DNA of 64,000 nt, from positions 174 through 64,173 of the forward strand of contig JACNKC010000057.1 in NCBI GenBank assembly GCA_014382245.1. Direction: 5' to 3'. The notes below the pieces were generated by a model. The model saw only the letters and a program-made list of their open reading frames with translations, had not been told where the DNA came from and ran no database searches. The DNA is from Pseudomonadota bacterium. GTDB taxonomy: Bacteria; Desulfobacterota; Binatia; UBA1149. A program made the translations under genes and the position numbers. Positions 8,934 through 19,005 of the stretch are shown piece after piece (position 1 is the stretch's first letter; every line of letters begins with the position of its first letter).

Positions 8934-10700
8934 ATGCTCCACGCGATTCCGGGTTGGCGCCAGCATAAGCTGGCTGTTTCGGTGATCTGCGTGGCTCTTA
9001 CCGCCGCTGCTGCTTGCACGCGGACACCGGCTACCACGGTGTTCGTGGCCCGTAGTGTTGTGACCATGGACCCGGCGAATCCACGGGCCGAGGCCGTGGC
9101 GGTGGCCGAGGGAAAGATCCTCGCGGTGGGCAGTCGCGAGGAGCTCTCGCCGCTGGCCGGCTGCAAGGGCTGCGTGATCGACAAGCGCTTTGCCGACGAT
9201 GTGCTGTTGCCCGGCTTCGTGGAGAACCACCTGCACCCCGACATGGCAGCCATGCTGCTGGCGTTACCGATAACGGCACCGTTTGACTGGGAACTGCCGG
9301 GCGGAACGATCAAGGGCATACGCGGCAGGCAGGCTTTTCTCGACAGGTTGCGCGAACTCGATGCCGCTCTTGGCGACGGCTCTCTTGAAGACGGTGGCCA
9401 GCCGCTGATCACCTGGGGCTACCACGATTTCTTTCACGGTGCGGGACTCGACCGAGACGCGCTCGACGCGGTGTCGACCACGCGCGCAGTGGTGGCCTGG
9501 CACCGTTCGTTTCACGAGGTCATAGCCAATTCGGTCGCGCTCGAGTGGATGGGAGTCACCCGCGAGACGGCGGCGCGGCTGCCCGGTGTCGCTTTGCGCG
9601 CAGACGGCGAGCCCACCGGCCGCCTGTCGGAGCTGGGGCTGCTGGTCGCGCTCGGTACGCTGTCCCCGGTGGTGCTGGGCGAAGAGGCCATGGATCGCGG
9701 TCACTCCATCGTGCGGCAGATGATACACCGCGGCGGCATCACCACGGTTGTCGACATGGCCTACGGCATGTTCAGCGACGAGCGCGAGTGGCCGATTCTC
9801 AAGCGCAACCTCGACCGCGACGACGTGCCTTTTCGCACCCGCCTGGTGCCTCTGCCCTTCGCCCTGGGACGCGAGTGGGGCGAGGATCTGTTCGACAGGG
9901 TAGAGGCCCTGCCGCAACGCAACAGTGAGCGCCTGGCCTTCGTGCGGCAGGTCAAGATGATAGGAGACGGCGCGTTCTTTTCCCTGTTGATGCGAATGCA
10001 ACCGCCGGGATACCTGGAGGGGGGAGTGGGCGAGTGGAACACCGAGCCGGGGCGCATGGTCGAGGGTCTCGCGCCCTGGTGGAAAGCGGGCTACCAGCTG
10101 CACGTGCACAGCAACGGCGACGCGGCCCAGGTGGCGGTGCTCGACGCGCTCGATCAGCTGCAGGCCGAGCACCCGCGAGAGGATCACCGCTTTACCTTTC
10201 ATCACTTTGCGCAGGCGCGCCCGAACGAGCTGGATCGCATGGCCGCGGCCGGTGCGTTGGTGTCAGCCAACGTGTACTACAACTACTTCATGGCCGACAT
10301 TTACGCCGAGCGCGGGCTTGGCCTGCCGCGCGCCGAGAAGATCACGCCGCTGGGGTCGCTGGTCAAGCGCGGGGTGAAGGTGTCGCTGCATTCCGACCTG
10401 CCCATGGGGCCGGCGCGCCCGCTGCTCGCGGCCTGGGCCGCTGCCACTCGGCTGACCCATGAAGGCAAGACCCGTGGCGCCGACGAGGCGCTTACCCCGG
10501 GGCAGGCCCTGCTCGCGATCACCAGCGACGCGGCCTACGCGGTGGGTATGGAAGACGAGGTTGGCAGCATACGAGTGGGCCTCAGGGCCGACTTCGTGGC
10601 GTTGCCCGACGATCCGTTGTCGGTGGAGCTAGACGAGTGGCCCAACATTATCCCGGTGGCCACCGTGCTCTCGGGTAAAGTTTACCCGGTCAGGCAATAG
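8934..10700 (+). CDS. Amidohydrolase family (amidohydrolase-3-like) metallo-hydrolase, probable lipoprotein/secreted
   Basis: N-terminal hydrophobic signal ending LTAAAAC (lipobox-like). The metal-binding motif ENHLHPD and the overall layout match amidohydrolase-3-type enzymes. It is divergent from the CoA-transferase/GRE operon. Confidence 0.7.
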   Translation: MLHAIPGWRQHKLAVSVICVALTAAAACTRTPATTVFVARSVVTMDPANPRAEAVAVAEGKILAVGSREELSPLAGCKGCVIDKRFADDVLLPGFVENHLHPDMAAMLLALPITAPFDWELPGGTIKGIRGRQAFLDRLRELDAALGDGSLEDGGQPLITWGYHDFFHGAGLDRDALDAVSTTRAVVAWHRSFHEVIANSVALEWMGVTRETAARLPGVALRADGEPTGRLSELGLLVALGTLSPVVLGEEAMDRGHSIVRQMIHRGGITTVVDMAYGMFSDEREWPILKRNLDRDDVPFRTRLVPLPFALGREWGEDLFDRVEALPQRNSERLAFVRQVKMIGDGAFFSLLMRMQPPGYLEGGVGEWNTEPGRMVEGLAPWWKAGYQLHVHSNGDAAQVAVLDALDQLQAEHPREDHRFTFHHFAQARPNELDRMAAAGALVSANVYYNYFMADIYAERGLGLPRAEKITPLGSLVKRGVKVSLHSDLPMGPARPLLAAWAAATRLTHEGKTRGADEALTPGQALLAITSDAAYAVGMEDEVGSIRVGLRADFVALPDDPLSVELDEWPNIIPVATVLSGKVYPVRQ

Positions 10701-11775
10701 CAGCGGCAAGCGCGGCGGCGGCATCGGCCATGGCCTGGCGCGCCCCGCGGCTCACCTGGGTGGTGTTGGCAAAGCCGTGCACTTGGCCTTCGACACGGCA
10801 CAGCGTTACCGGCACTCCGGCCAGTTCGAGTCGCTCGGCGTATGCTTCGCCCTCGTCTCTGAGGGGGTCGAAGCCGGCCGTGGTGACGTAAGCCGGTGGC
10901 AGGCCCGAAAGGTCTTCTGCCAGCAGCGGCGAAGCCGAGGGGTCTTCGACGGCCTGCTGGCGGTCACCCGTGTAGTGGCGGATGTACCACTCCATCTGCG
11001 AGGCGGTCAGAAAAAAACCGTCGGCGAACAAGCGGTACGATTCGCTGCGGGCCGACAGGTCGGTGACCGGGTAGATTGGCAGCTGGAAGGCCGGCGAGGG
11101 TCCGCCGTCGCGCGTGGCGCGCAGCGAAACCGAGGCCGCCAGGTTGCCACCGGCGCTGTCGCCGCCAACCGCCACCCGCGATGCGTTGATGGCCAGGCGC
11201 TCGGCGTTTTCGAGCGCCCAGCGAAACGCCGCCAGGGCGTCGTCGGTCGCCGCCGGAAAGGGATGTTCGGGGGCCAGCCGGTAGTCCACCGATAATACCT
11301 TGACGCCGGCCTTCTCTGCGAGGAATCGGCAGGGCTGGTCATGGCTGTCGATGCTGCCCACCACCCATCCTCCACCGTGGTAGTAGACCAGCAGGCCGCC
11401 GCCATCGGCGCAAGCGTGGGGCACGTAGAGTCGCGCGGCGAGTTCGCCGTCCGCGCCAGCGCAGGAGAGTTCCTCGACGCGTTGCATGGCTATGGGTTCA
11501 CCGCTTGCGACAGCCGCGCCGCTTTCGATGTGCTGCCGTACCTCGGCCACGGTCAGGTCGTCGTATGATGGGTGATCGTCGAACGACATCGCGAGCAGCA
11601 GCAGTTGCACGTCTGCGTCCAGCGTGAGGCCATCCACGCGGGTGGAACTGCCACCGGCGAGCAGGAGCTGCAGGCGTTCGGGCAGAGCCATCATCGATCG
11701 CAGCAACAGGCGTTGGGCTTTTTCAGCGAGGCCGAGCGGGCGTGGTTCCATGGTGGTCATCCTCCGCGGCAACAC
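10690..11775 (-). CDS. Alpha/beta hydrolase, HSL-family esterase/lipase (Aes-like)
   Basis: Contains the HGGG oxyanion motif (LLVYYHGGGWVVGS) and the nucleophile elbow GDSAGG, both typical of hormone-sensitive-lipase-family esterases. Confidence 0.8.
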   Translation of the reverse strand: MLPRRMTTMEPRPLGLAEKAQRLLLRSMMALPERLQLLLAGGSSTRVDGLTLDADVQLLLLAMSFDDHPSYDDLTVAEVRQHIESGAAVASGEPIAMQRVEELSCAGADGELAARLYVPHACADGGGLLVYYHGGGWVVGSIDSHDQPCRFLAEKAGVKVLSVDYRLAPEHPFPAATDDALAAFRWALENAERLAINASRVAVGGDSAGGNLAASVSLRATRDGGPSPAFQLPIYPVTDLSARSESYRLFADGFFLTASQMEWYIRHYTGDRQQAVEDPSASPLLAEDLSGLPPAYVTTAGFDPLRDEGEAYAERLELAGVPVTLCRVEGQVHGFANTTQVSRGARQAMADAAAALAAAIA

Positions 11776-11852
11776 GATTACGATATCGCGGAGGGCGAGA
11801 CCAGGGCCGGCGGGTAGTTACATATCGGGGACAAGATGATAAAAGGCTTGGG

Positions 11853-12674
11853 GTGGAAGTTCTTCTTACAGGCGCGGCCCTCGGGGCCGAAGTAAGGGGG
11901 CTTGATCTCACCCGCGAATTGACGGGTACAGAGTTAGCAGCGGTGACGGCGGCGCTGGTCGAACACAAGGTGCTGTTTTTTCGCGACCAGCCTCTTGGGC
12001 CGGCCGACCACCACCGCTTTGCGTCATACTTCGGGCCGCTGCAACGCCACCCCGCGTTTCCGCACGTGGACGACTACCCCGAGCTCACCATACTCGAAAG
12101 CGACCGCGCGCGTCCTTCAAAAATAGACAAGTGGCACTGCGACATGACTTACCTCGAGTGCCCACCGCTGGGCAGCGTGCTCAGGGCTACCGTCATTCCT
12201 GACAAGGGCGGCGACACGATGTGGATGAATCTCGAGGCGGCCTGGCAGGCGCTGCCCCTGGACTTGCAGCAAAGGTTGGCCCAAATGCAGGCCGAGCACA
12301 GCTTTGCGCATGGCTACCGAGAGAGCCTGGCCGAACCCGGCGGCAGGGACCGTCTCGCGCGGGCCGTGGCCGACAACCCGCCCGTGCTGCACCCGGTGAT
12401 GCGTCGTCACCCGGTCAGCAAGCGGCCCTGCTTGTTCGTCAACAGCCTGTTCACCACGCGCCTGCTTGGCATGGAAGAACGCGAGAGCGAGCAACTGCTG
12501 GCGCGGCTGTACGCGCACATCGAGAAGCCGGAGTTTCGGTACCGCTTCAGTTGGGAGGTCGACTCGATCGCTTTCTGGGACAACCGAGCCACGCAGCATA
12601 AGCCGGTACAGGATTGGTGGCCGGCGCGGCGTTGTCACCAGCGCATTACCATAGAGGGCGACAGACCGGTGTGA
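11853..12674 (+). CDS. TauD/TfdA-family Fe(II)/2-oxoglutarate dioxygenase (taurine dioxygenase-like)
   Basis: Aligns by eye along its length with E. coli TauD, including WHCDMTYLECPP (TauD WHTDVTF), the GGDTMW metal-binding region and C-terminal WDNRATQHK. Start moved to in-frame GTG at 11853 (MEVLLTGAALGAEVRGLDLT matches the TauD N-terminus, with an AAGG RBS). The ORF finder start was 11742. Confidence 0.8.
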   Translation: MEVLLTGAALGAEVRGLDLTRELTGTELAAVTAALVEHKVLFFRDQPLGPADHHRFASYFGPLQRHPAFPHVDDYPELTILESDRARPSKIDKWHCDMTYLECPPLGSVLRATVIPDKGGDTMWMNLEAAWQALPLDLQQRLAQMQAEHSFAHGYRESLAEPGGRDRLARAVADNPPVLHPVMRRHPVSKRPCLFVNSLFTTRLLGMEERESEQLLARLYAHIEKPEFRYRFSWEVDSIAFWDNRATQHKPVQDWWPARRCHQRITIEGDRPV

Positions 12675-12676
12675 AG

Positions 12677-13414
12677 TCAGTCGCTGTCGGCGGCGCTGCG
12701 AAAAAACTCTAGCGCCCACCGGGCGATGACCCCGCCGTCGGTGTCCTCGGCCAGCGAAGCCAGTGACCGGTTCCACAGATCATCCGCGTACAACCCGCGC
12801 CTGCTTTCGTACAAGCCCAGCGCGTACTCGGGGCTGAACTCGGGATGGCCCTGGCAACTCATCACGTGCTTGCCGATGCGGTACATCGAAACAGGGCAGG
12901 AGTCACTGGAGCCCACGAGGCTGGCACCGTCAGGCAGGCGCGTCACCTGGTCCCGGTGGCTGTGTATGAGCTGCAGCTTGCCGTGCGTGCCGGCAACGGA
13001 ATCTCCGCCGGCAGCGGCCCAGGGAAACGGCGACTCGATGCGCGTGCTGTGCACACCGAGCGTCCACCCCTGCTCGGCCAGCTCAGCGCGGCCGCCCAGT
13101 GCGCGGGCTACCAACTGGTGGCCAAAGCATACGGCGAACAGCGGTCGGCTCGCTTCGGCCAGCCGTACGACGTAGCTCTCGAGCGGAGCAATCCACTCCA
13201 ATTCGTCGTAAACACTGTGCCGGCCGCCGGTCATCAGGTAGCCATCGCAATCATCGATCGAGTCGGGAAACTCGCCGAGCCGCACATCCCAGCAAGCGAA
13301 TTGCAGAGAGGGATCCACGCCACCGAGCAGGCGGGCGAACATGTCGCTATACTGGCCGTGCGTGGCGGCGAGCGCGGGCTGGACTGAGTCGGTGAGAAGT
13401 ATGCCTATCTTCAT
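12677..13414 (-). CDS. Class I glutamine amidotransferase-like protein (GATase1 domain)
   Basis: Nucleophile motif FAVCFGHQ and a downstream His/Glu (SCQGHPEF) match the GATase1 Cys-His-Glu triad. Its size is typical of standalone GATase1/GMP-synthase-like domains. Confidence 0.7.
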   Translation of the reverse strand: MKIGILLTDSVQPALAATHGQYSDMFARLLGGVDPSLQFACWDVRLGEFPDSIDDCDGYLMTGGRHSVYDELEWIAPLESYVVRLAEASRPLFAVCFGHQLVARALGGRAELAEQGWTLGVHSTRIESPFPWAAAGGDSVAGTHGKLQLIHSHRDQVTRLPDGASLVGSSDSCPVSMYRIGKHVMSCQGHPEFSPEYALGLYESRRGLYADDLWNRSLASLAEDTDGGVIARWALEFFRSAADSD

Positions 13415-13426
13415 GGGGGGAACAGT

Positions 13427-14848
13427 TTGAACAGCATAGACGCTACGGTCAACGAAGTCCTTGGTCCCCTGGCCGACGCCATGGCCGCGGTAGTTTTCTA
13501 CGCTGTACCCATAGGCGACGCGCAGGTGCCGCTCATCGTGGCCTGGTTGATAGGCGCGGGCCTGTTTTTCACCTTCTACCTGCGCTTCATCAATTTTCGT
13601 GGCATGGCCGAGGGCCTGCGCATAGTTAGCGGCAAGCGCCGCTCTCCGGGTTCGAGCGGGGAGATCAGTCCCTGGGGAGCGCTTTCGACGGCAGTGTCGG
13701 GCACCGTGGGCATTGGCAACATAGGCGGCGTGGCCGTGGCGATTTCAATGGGTGGCCCCGGGGCCACCTTCTGGCTGCTGGTGGCCGGGCTGCTGGGCAT
13801 GGCCAGCAAGTGTGCCGAGTGCGTGCTGGGGGTACGCTACCGCCAGGTCGACGAGAACGGCCAGGTGTCGGGCGGCCCGATGTACTACCTGCGCGAGGGG
13901 TTCGGCGAGCGCGGCTGGCCGCTGGTGGGCCGAGCCCTGGGTGGGTTCTACGCGGTGGCCATCGTGCAGGGCTGCCTGGGCGCGGGCAACATGTTCCAGA
14001 GCAACCAGGTTTTCGAACAACTGCTGGTCGTGACCGGCGGTGCCGACGGCCCCATGGCCGGGCACTCACTGGAGGTGGGCCTGCTGCTGGCCGTGGCCGT
14101 GGGCCTGGTGCTGGTGGGCGGCATACAATCCATAGCCCGTGTCACCACTCGCCTGGTGCCGTTCATGGCCTTGTTCTACTGCCTGGGCGCGCTGTTGGTC
14201 ATCGGCCTTAACTTCGACAAGGTCCCGGGCGCGTTTGCTTCGATATGGCACGGGGCGTTCTCGCCCGAGGGCATAAGCGGCGGCGTGCTGGGCGTGATGA
14301 TGCTCGGGTTTCGCCGCGCGGCTTTCTCAAACGAGGCTGGACTCGGCTCGGCAGCCATCGCCCACTCGGCGGTAAACACCCACCACCCTGCTACCGAGGG
14401 CCTGGTCGGCTTGCTCGAACCGTTTATCGACACTGTCGTGATCTGCACCATGACGGCGCTGGTTATTCTCACCACGGTGTACGAACCATCGCTGGCGGGC
14501 AGCGGCGTGCAGGGCGTGGCGCTTACGTCGCGTGCTTTTGAGAGCACGCTGTCGTGGGCGCCGGCAGCCGTTGGCCTGGCCGCGCTGCTGTTCGCGTACT
14601 CCACGATGATCGCCTGGGGTTACTACGGGCTCAAGGGTTGGACCTACCTGGTGGGCGACTCGCGCGTGGCCGATCTTTCTTTCAAGCTGGTCTACTGCGC
14701 TTTCGTCGTGCTGGGCTGTGTGCTCGATCTTGACGCCGTGCTTACCATGTCCGACGCGCTGTTGTTCGTAGTGGCAGTGCCTAACGTCATAGGACTGTAC
14801 GTGTTGGCGCCGCGCATACGCGAGAGCCTCGACGACTACTTCTCCTGA
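13427..14848 (+). CDS. Alanine/glycine:cation symporter (AGCS family) transporter
   Basis: Polytopic membrane protein. The N-terminus (VNEVLGPLADAMAAVVFYAVPIG...VAWLIGAGLFFTFYLRFINFR) and the GIGNIGGVAVAI segment match AGCS/AlsT-like transporters. It has a TTG start with a GGGGGG RBS. Confidence 0.8.
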   Translation: MNSIDATVNEVLGPLADAMAAVVFYAVPIGDAQVPLIVAWLIGAGLFFTFYLRFINFRGMAEGLRIVSGKRRSPGSSGEISPWGALSTAVSGTVGIGNIGGVAVAISMGGPGATFWLLVAGLLGMASKCAECVLGVRYRQVDENGQVSGGPMYYLREGFGERGWPLVGRALGGFYAVAIVQGCLGAGNMFQSNQVFEQLLVVTGGADGPMAGHSLEVGLLLAVAVGLVLVGGIQSIARVTTRLVPFMALFYCLGALLVIGLNFDKVPGAFASIWHGAFSPEGISGGVLGVMMLGFRRAAFSNEAGLGSAAIAHSAVNTHHPATEGLVGLLEPFIDTVVICTMTALVILTTVYEPSLAGSGVQGVALTSRAFESTLSWAPAAVGLAALLFAYSTMIAWGYYGLKGWTYLVGDSRVADLSFKLVYCAFVVLGCVLDLDAVLTMSDALLFVVAVPNVIGLYVLAPRIRESLDDYFS

Positions 14849-14904
14849 GTGTTGCTGGCGGGTTTGCCTGAGGGTCGCGGGCGGGCTGTGCCCGTCCGCC
14901 GTGG

Positions 14905-16653
14905 CTACTTTGCCTGCAGCGCGAGGTCCTCGATGTCGTTGGTAGAGGCAGCCGACAAGCGGGCGAGCGCAGCCGTGTCGCCAGCCAGTGCTGCGTCGAA
15001 AAAATTGAGCAGCAGGTAGTTGATGATGTCGTGGCCGTGGCGCCAGGGCAGGTGCAGGGGCGAGCATGCGTCGCCGTCACCGGTGAGCAGGTTACCCAGC
15101 GGCCCCGGTATGTCGCAGGCGTGGCTGAAAGCCAGGTGGCCGCCGTCCAGCAGGGTGCCCAGTGCCGTGAAGGGAGCGTTGGCCGGCAGGTTGTCGAAGG
15201 GGCGCTGCTGGTTGTCGGCCAGGGGCGTAGTCTGGTCGAGCGTACCTGCCATCAACATTGTGGGAACGGTGATTCCCGTGAAGAAGGCGTCGTCAAACAT
15301 GAAAGCCGCCGGCGCCAGTGGGGCTATGGCTTTCACCCGCGTGTCGGTGAAGGTTCCGCCGAAGGGGTCAATTTCAAAGCCAGCCACGATGAGCGGCTCG
15401 TCGTAGAAAAAGGCGCCGCCGGCGATCGCCAGGGTCGTGTATCCGCCGAACGAATGGCCGCTCATGCCTATGCGTGTCGCGTCGATGGCGCCTTCGAGAA
15501 AGTCCCCGGGCGTGGCGTTGGCCGCCAGCAGTTCATCGAGCAGGAAGCTGATGTCCACGGGGCGATTGACGGCCGAATCAAAATCAACGACCCCGTTGAG
15601 CAGGTCGGGCAGGGTGTTGCCGTGGTGGTCGGGGGAAGCCACCACGTAGCCGTGGCTGGCGAGGTGGGTGACGAGGTAGATAGACTGGTTGCGCGTACCC
15701 GCGAAGCCGTGCGAGAACACCAGCAAGGGAAAGCTGCCGGTCGCCATGGCCACGTCGCGGTAGGCGGGAGAGGGTGGCATCTGTCCGCCCATCAGCGTGG
15801 TAGCATCCAGTGGTATACCGGCGGTGGCCGCTGCAGTTGAGGGGTAGAACAGTTCCACGGCGACCGGCCTCGCGGACAGTCCATCGACGTCGAGCCGGGA
15901 GACGTCCGCCATCTGCAAGGTGGTGACTCCCACCGGCCACTGGCCGAGCGCAGCCGTGGCATCGAGATCGTTGGGCGGGTAAGTCGCTTGTGCGTAGTGG
16001 CGCCAGCGCGTCAGCAGCGAGTCGACGAAGGCGGCCGTGCGCTCGCCGATGTCGACTCCCGGCGCGCTCACAACAGCGTCGAGATCGTCGCCACAGGACC
16101 GGGAGGCGCGATCTACGGCCCACTGCCTCCGGTCGGCCACGGCCAGGTCCCGCGCAAGCCTGTCGCAGCCACTCCCCGTGTAGTTCACAAGCAGGCAGTC
16201 GCGACCCGTGGTTTGCACCAGGCGGTCGGCCAGTTTACCGGCCACGCGGGCCAGTCGGTTGCGGCAGCGCAGCTGCTTGCGCGAAAGCAGCGAGTCGTCG
16301 ACTGCGCGGATGGTGTCGTCGAGCTCAGTGGCGTAGGTGGTGCAGGTGCGGGGTACCTGCGAGGCCATGTTGACGAGTCCGGGGTATCCCAGTGCCCAGG
16401 CGTCGTCGTCGTCGCAGTTGTCGGTGACGGCACGGCGAGTGCGCAGCAGGATGTTACCCTCGCTGCTCCCCCGCCGCCGGGATCGATTCGCCCGTTTGAG
16501 GCAGCGCTCGGCTTCCCTGCCCGAGCTGCTGACGCAGGTGGCGGTATCGGCGCCAGCGGGCCCCGGGGGCAGCAACAAGGCCGCCGTCAGCAGGGCCACG
16601 GCAATTGCCGTGGCAGGAACGATCGCCGCCTGTTGGTAGTAAGAGCAGGTCAT
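14905..16653 (-). CDS. Secreted alpha/beta hydrolase (lipase/PAF-acetylhydrolase-like, GHSFGG nucleophile elbow)
   Basis: Start placed at the internal Met giving the signal peptide MTCSYYQQAAIVPATAIAVALLTAALLLPPGPAGA. Catalytic motif GMSGHSFGG is typical of PAF-AH/lipase-like serine hydrolases. It is Cys-rich in the N-terminal third. Confidence 0.65.
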   Translation of the reverse strand: MTCSYYQQAAIVPATAIAVALLTAALLLPPGPAGADTATCVSSSGREAERCLKRANRSRRRGSSEGNILLRTRRAVTDNCDDDDAWALGYPGLVNMASQVPRTCTTYATELDDTIRAVDDSLLSRKQLRCRNRLARVAGKLADRLVQTTGRDCLLVNYTGSGCDRLARDLAVADRRQWAVDRASRSCGDDLDAVVSAPGVDIGERTAAFVDSLLTRWRHYAQATYPPNDLDATAALGQWPVGVTTLQMADVSRLDVDGLSARPVAVELFYPSTAAATAGIPLDATTLMGGQMPPSPAYRDVAMATGSFPLLVFSHGFAGTRNQSIYLVTHLASHGYVVASPDHHGNTLPDLLNGVVDFDSAVNRPVDISFLLDELLAANATPGDFLEGAIDATRIGMSGHSFGGYTTLAIAGGAFFYDEPLIVAGFEIDPFGGTFTDTRVKAIAPLAPAAFMFDDAFFTGITVPTMLMAGTLDQTTPLADNQQRPFDNLPANAPFTALGTLLDGGHLAFSHACDIPGPLGNLLTGDGDACSPLHLPWRHGHDIINYLLLNFFDAALAGDTAALARLSAASTNDIEDLALQAK

Positions 16654-16869
16654 GCTGCAGCCGTTTCGTGCGTGCCAGGGTCGGGCGGTGCGACGCCGGG
16701 CCACGGGCAGGAGCATGACCCACCGGGCGGAGGCTTGTCAAGGTTGTATCGTTAGGTGGTGGGTGGCTTTGTTGCCTTTACCGCCAATGAAGGTGACATT
16801 CTCCTGGCCGGGTATATTCCGGGTACCCGGGTCGCGAGCTCACGTGGCCCGGCGCAACTGGGGGAGCAC

Positions 16870-17865
16870 GTGGAGTATGCAGTAGTAGTCGGGGGAGGGC
16901 AGGTCGAGCAGGAAGGGCACGGCCTGGAGGCCTTTGTTGGGCAGGCCCAGCTGGCCGAGTCGCTGGGTTATACGACCGTCTTCGTGCCCGACCATTATCT
17001 TTTTGAACAGATGGGCGAGCTCAAGACCGAGCAGCCAACCTACGAGTTGTTTGCGCTGCTTGGTGCCATCGCCCAGCGCACGCGCAGCATCAAGCTGGGC
17101 AGCCACGTGGCCTGCACGCTGTTTCGTCACCCGGCCATGCTCGCTCGCCAGTTTGCCCAGCTCGACGAGCTCAGTGGAGGTCGCGTGATTGCCGGCGTGG
17201 GTGCGGGCTGGACGAGGTCCGAGTTCGAGATGTTCGGACTGGACTTTCCGCCGGTGTCCGAGCGCCTGCGTATGATGGACGAGGCGGTGGAGATCATGCA
17301 GGCACTGTGGACCGGCGAGCCCTGCAGTTTTGACGGCGAGCACTATCGCCTGCGCGACGCCGTGGCCAGGCCGACCCCGACGCAACAGCCGCGACCACCG
17401 CTGATGCTGGGCGGCGGTGGCAAGGGCATACTCCGGCGCGCCGGGCGCTGGGCCGACATCCTCCACATGGTGCCCGAGATCGGCAAGGCCGGTACGACCA
17501 CGATGGAGAACGTGTCCGCCTTTCACGACGACGTGGTGGCAGAAAAGCTAGCACTGGTGCGAGAGGAGGCCAAGGATGCCGGCCGGCCGGACGGTGCCGT
17601 GCGCTACGCTACGACGATTTTCGTTTACCAGCCCGCCGACAGTGAGAAGCAGGCCGCCGAGACCGCCGAGGGCGCGGCTGCCATGTTCGGGCTCACGGCC
17701 GAGCAGTTCTGCCGTCACCCGGCCGTGCTCGCGGGAACTACCGATCAGATGGTCGAGGAACTGCAGCGTCGTGAGCGCGTGCACGGATTGTCCATCGTTG
17801 CGCTGGAGGCGACCGGGCTCGACAGTATCCGCAATTTCGCCGAGCGTATAATCGCCAACGGCTAA
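16870..17865 (+). CDS. LLM-class (luciferase-like) flavin/F420-dependent oxidoreductase
   Basis: GSHVACTLFRHPAMLARQFAQLDELSGGRVIAGVGAGW...FDGEHYRL and C-terminal LMLGGGGKG are signatures of the luciferase-like monooxygenase family. Start moved to in-frame GTG at 16870 (331 aa, typical size). Confidence 0.75.
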   Translation: MEYAVVVGGGQVEQEGHGLEAFVGQAQLAESLGYTTVFVPDHYLFEQMGELKTEQPTYELFALLGAIAQRTRSIKLGSHVACTLFRHPAMLARQFAQLDELSGGRVIAGVGAGWTRSEFEMFGLDFPPVSERLRMMDEAVEIMQALWTGEPCSFDGEHYRLRDAVARPTPTQQPRPPLMLGGGGKGILRRAGRWADILHMVPEIGKAGTTTMENVSAFHDDVVAEKLALVREEAKDAGRPDGAVRYATTIFVYQPADSEKQAAETAEGAAAMFGLTAEQFCRHPAVLAGTTDQMVEELQRRERVHGLSIVALEATGLDSIRNFAERIIANG

Positions 17866-17875
17866 CAGGGTGGAC

Positions 17876-18664
17876 TCAGGCCGCCGGCCAGGCCGTGCCA
17901 CCGTCCACCTTTATTACGGCGCCGGTGGTGTAACTCGAAGCGTCGCTGGCCAGGTACAACGCCGCTCCCACGATCTCGTCGGGTCGGCCGCCGCGCTGCA
18001 ACGGTATGTGGGCGGCGGCGCTCTGTTCGAAGGCATCCATGTCCCAGGCCTTGGCTATGTCGGTGAGAAACGGCCCGGGCATGATGCAGTTGACCCTGAC
18101 CGAGGGAGCGTAGGCTCTGGCTAAGCCCAGGCTGAGCGCGTTGAGCCCGGCCTTGGCCGTGGCGTAGGGTAGCTCGTTGGGCGTGGGCTGCACCGCGGCG
18201 ATGCTGCTCACGTTGATAATAGACCCACCGTCGCCCGCCGCCATGCGCTCGCCCACGAGCGCCGACAGCCTGAAGGGCCCCTTGAGGTTTACTCCTATGA
18301 CCTTGTCGAAGAGTTCTTCGCTGACCTCGGCGAGCGAAGGGTACAGCGGCGACATGCCGGCGTTGTTTACCAGCACGTCCACGCGGCCGAAGTGCTTGTA
18401 GGCCGTGTCGACCAGCTCCTGGCACTGCTGCCAGTGGCCGGCGTGAAAGCCTACCCCCAGCGCGTGTCGACCGGTGAGCTCGGTGAGCTGCGTGGCCAGC
18501 TCCTCGCATGCCTTCTCCTTGCGGCTGGCGACCACCACCTCGGCGCCCGCGCGGGCGAAAGCCATCGCCATCTCCCTGCCCATGCCGCGGCTGCCGCCGG
18601 TGACCAGAGCCACGCGGCCCTCGAGATTGAAGAGATCGTTTGCCTGCGAGTCGTTTCTTTTCAC
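17876..18664 (-). CDS. SDR family NAD(P)-dependent oxidoreductase
   Basis: Cofactor motif VALVTGGSRGMG, NNAG motif VLVNNAG and a YATAK catalytic Tyr/Lys. Start set to in-frame GTG at 18664 (AGGAAAA RBS-like), trimming the ORF finder N-terminal extension. Confidence 0.8.
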   Translation of the reverse strand: MKRNDSQANDLFNLEGRVALVTGGSRGMGREMAMAFARAGAEVVVASRKEKACEELATQLTELTGRHALGVGFHAGHWQQCQELVDTAYKHFGRVDVLVNNAGMSPLYPSLAEVSEELFDKVIGVNLKGPFRLSALVGERMAAGDGGSIINVSSIAAVQPTPNELPYATAKAGLNALSLGLARAYAPSVRVNCIMPGPFLTDIAKAWDMDAFEQSAAAHIPLQRGGRPDEIVGAALYLASDASSYTTGAVIKVDGGTAWPAA

Positions 18665-18789
18665 GATTTTTCCTGTTTTCACGGGTGGAGTGACTGTCTT
18701 TCTGCCTGATGTGCAAGGCTGATACGAGGCATTTGCCGTTGCCTTTCGGTCGGCAGCGAGCAGCACGGCCGCAGGCGCGCTACAATGGC

Positions 18790-19005
18790 CCGATGAACAA
18801 TGTCATCAACGGTCGTCGTGCTGCCTGGATGTGGGTCGTCTTGCTGCTCGGCTGTTTCATGAGCTCCGGCTGCCTGCTGACCAAGATCGTTTCGGTGCCA
18901 CTGCGGGTCGTCGGTGCGGTGGTTTCCATAGTCCCGATCGCGGGCAACCAGGCCCACGACGCCATCGACGCCACGGCCGACACCCTCGACGAACTGCCGT
19001 TTTGA
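18790..19005 (+). CDS. Small hypothetical lipoprotein/membrane protein (about 71 aa)
   Basis: Internal Met gives MNNVINGRRAAWMWVVLLLGCFMSSGC: a positive n-region, a hydrophobic core and an LLGC lipobox-like site. It ends exactly at the start of the next gene. Weakly supported. Confidence 0.3.
   Translation, partial: PMNNVINGRRAAWMWVVLLLGCFMSSGCLLTKIVSVPLRVVGAVVSIVPIAGNQAHDAIDATADTLDELPF

Noticed and set aside
8849-9412. N-terminal 188 codons of the 603-aa CoA-transferase ORF
   Set aside because: Ser/Ala/Arg-rich low-complexity sequence with no homology signal. Family-III CoA-transferases are about 400 aa and the conserved N-terminus begins at the internal ATG (8848).
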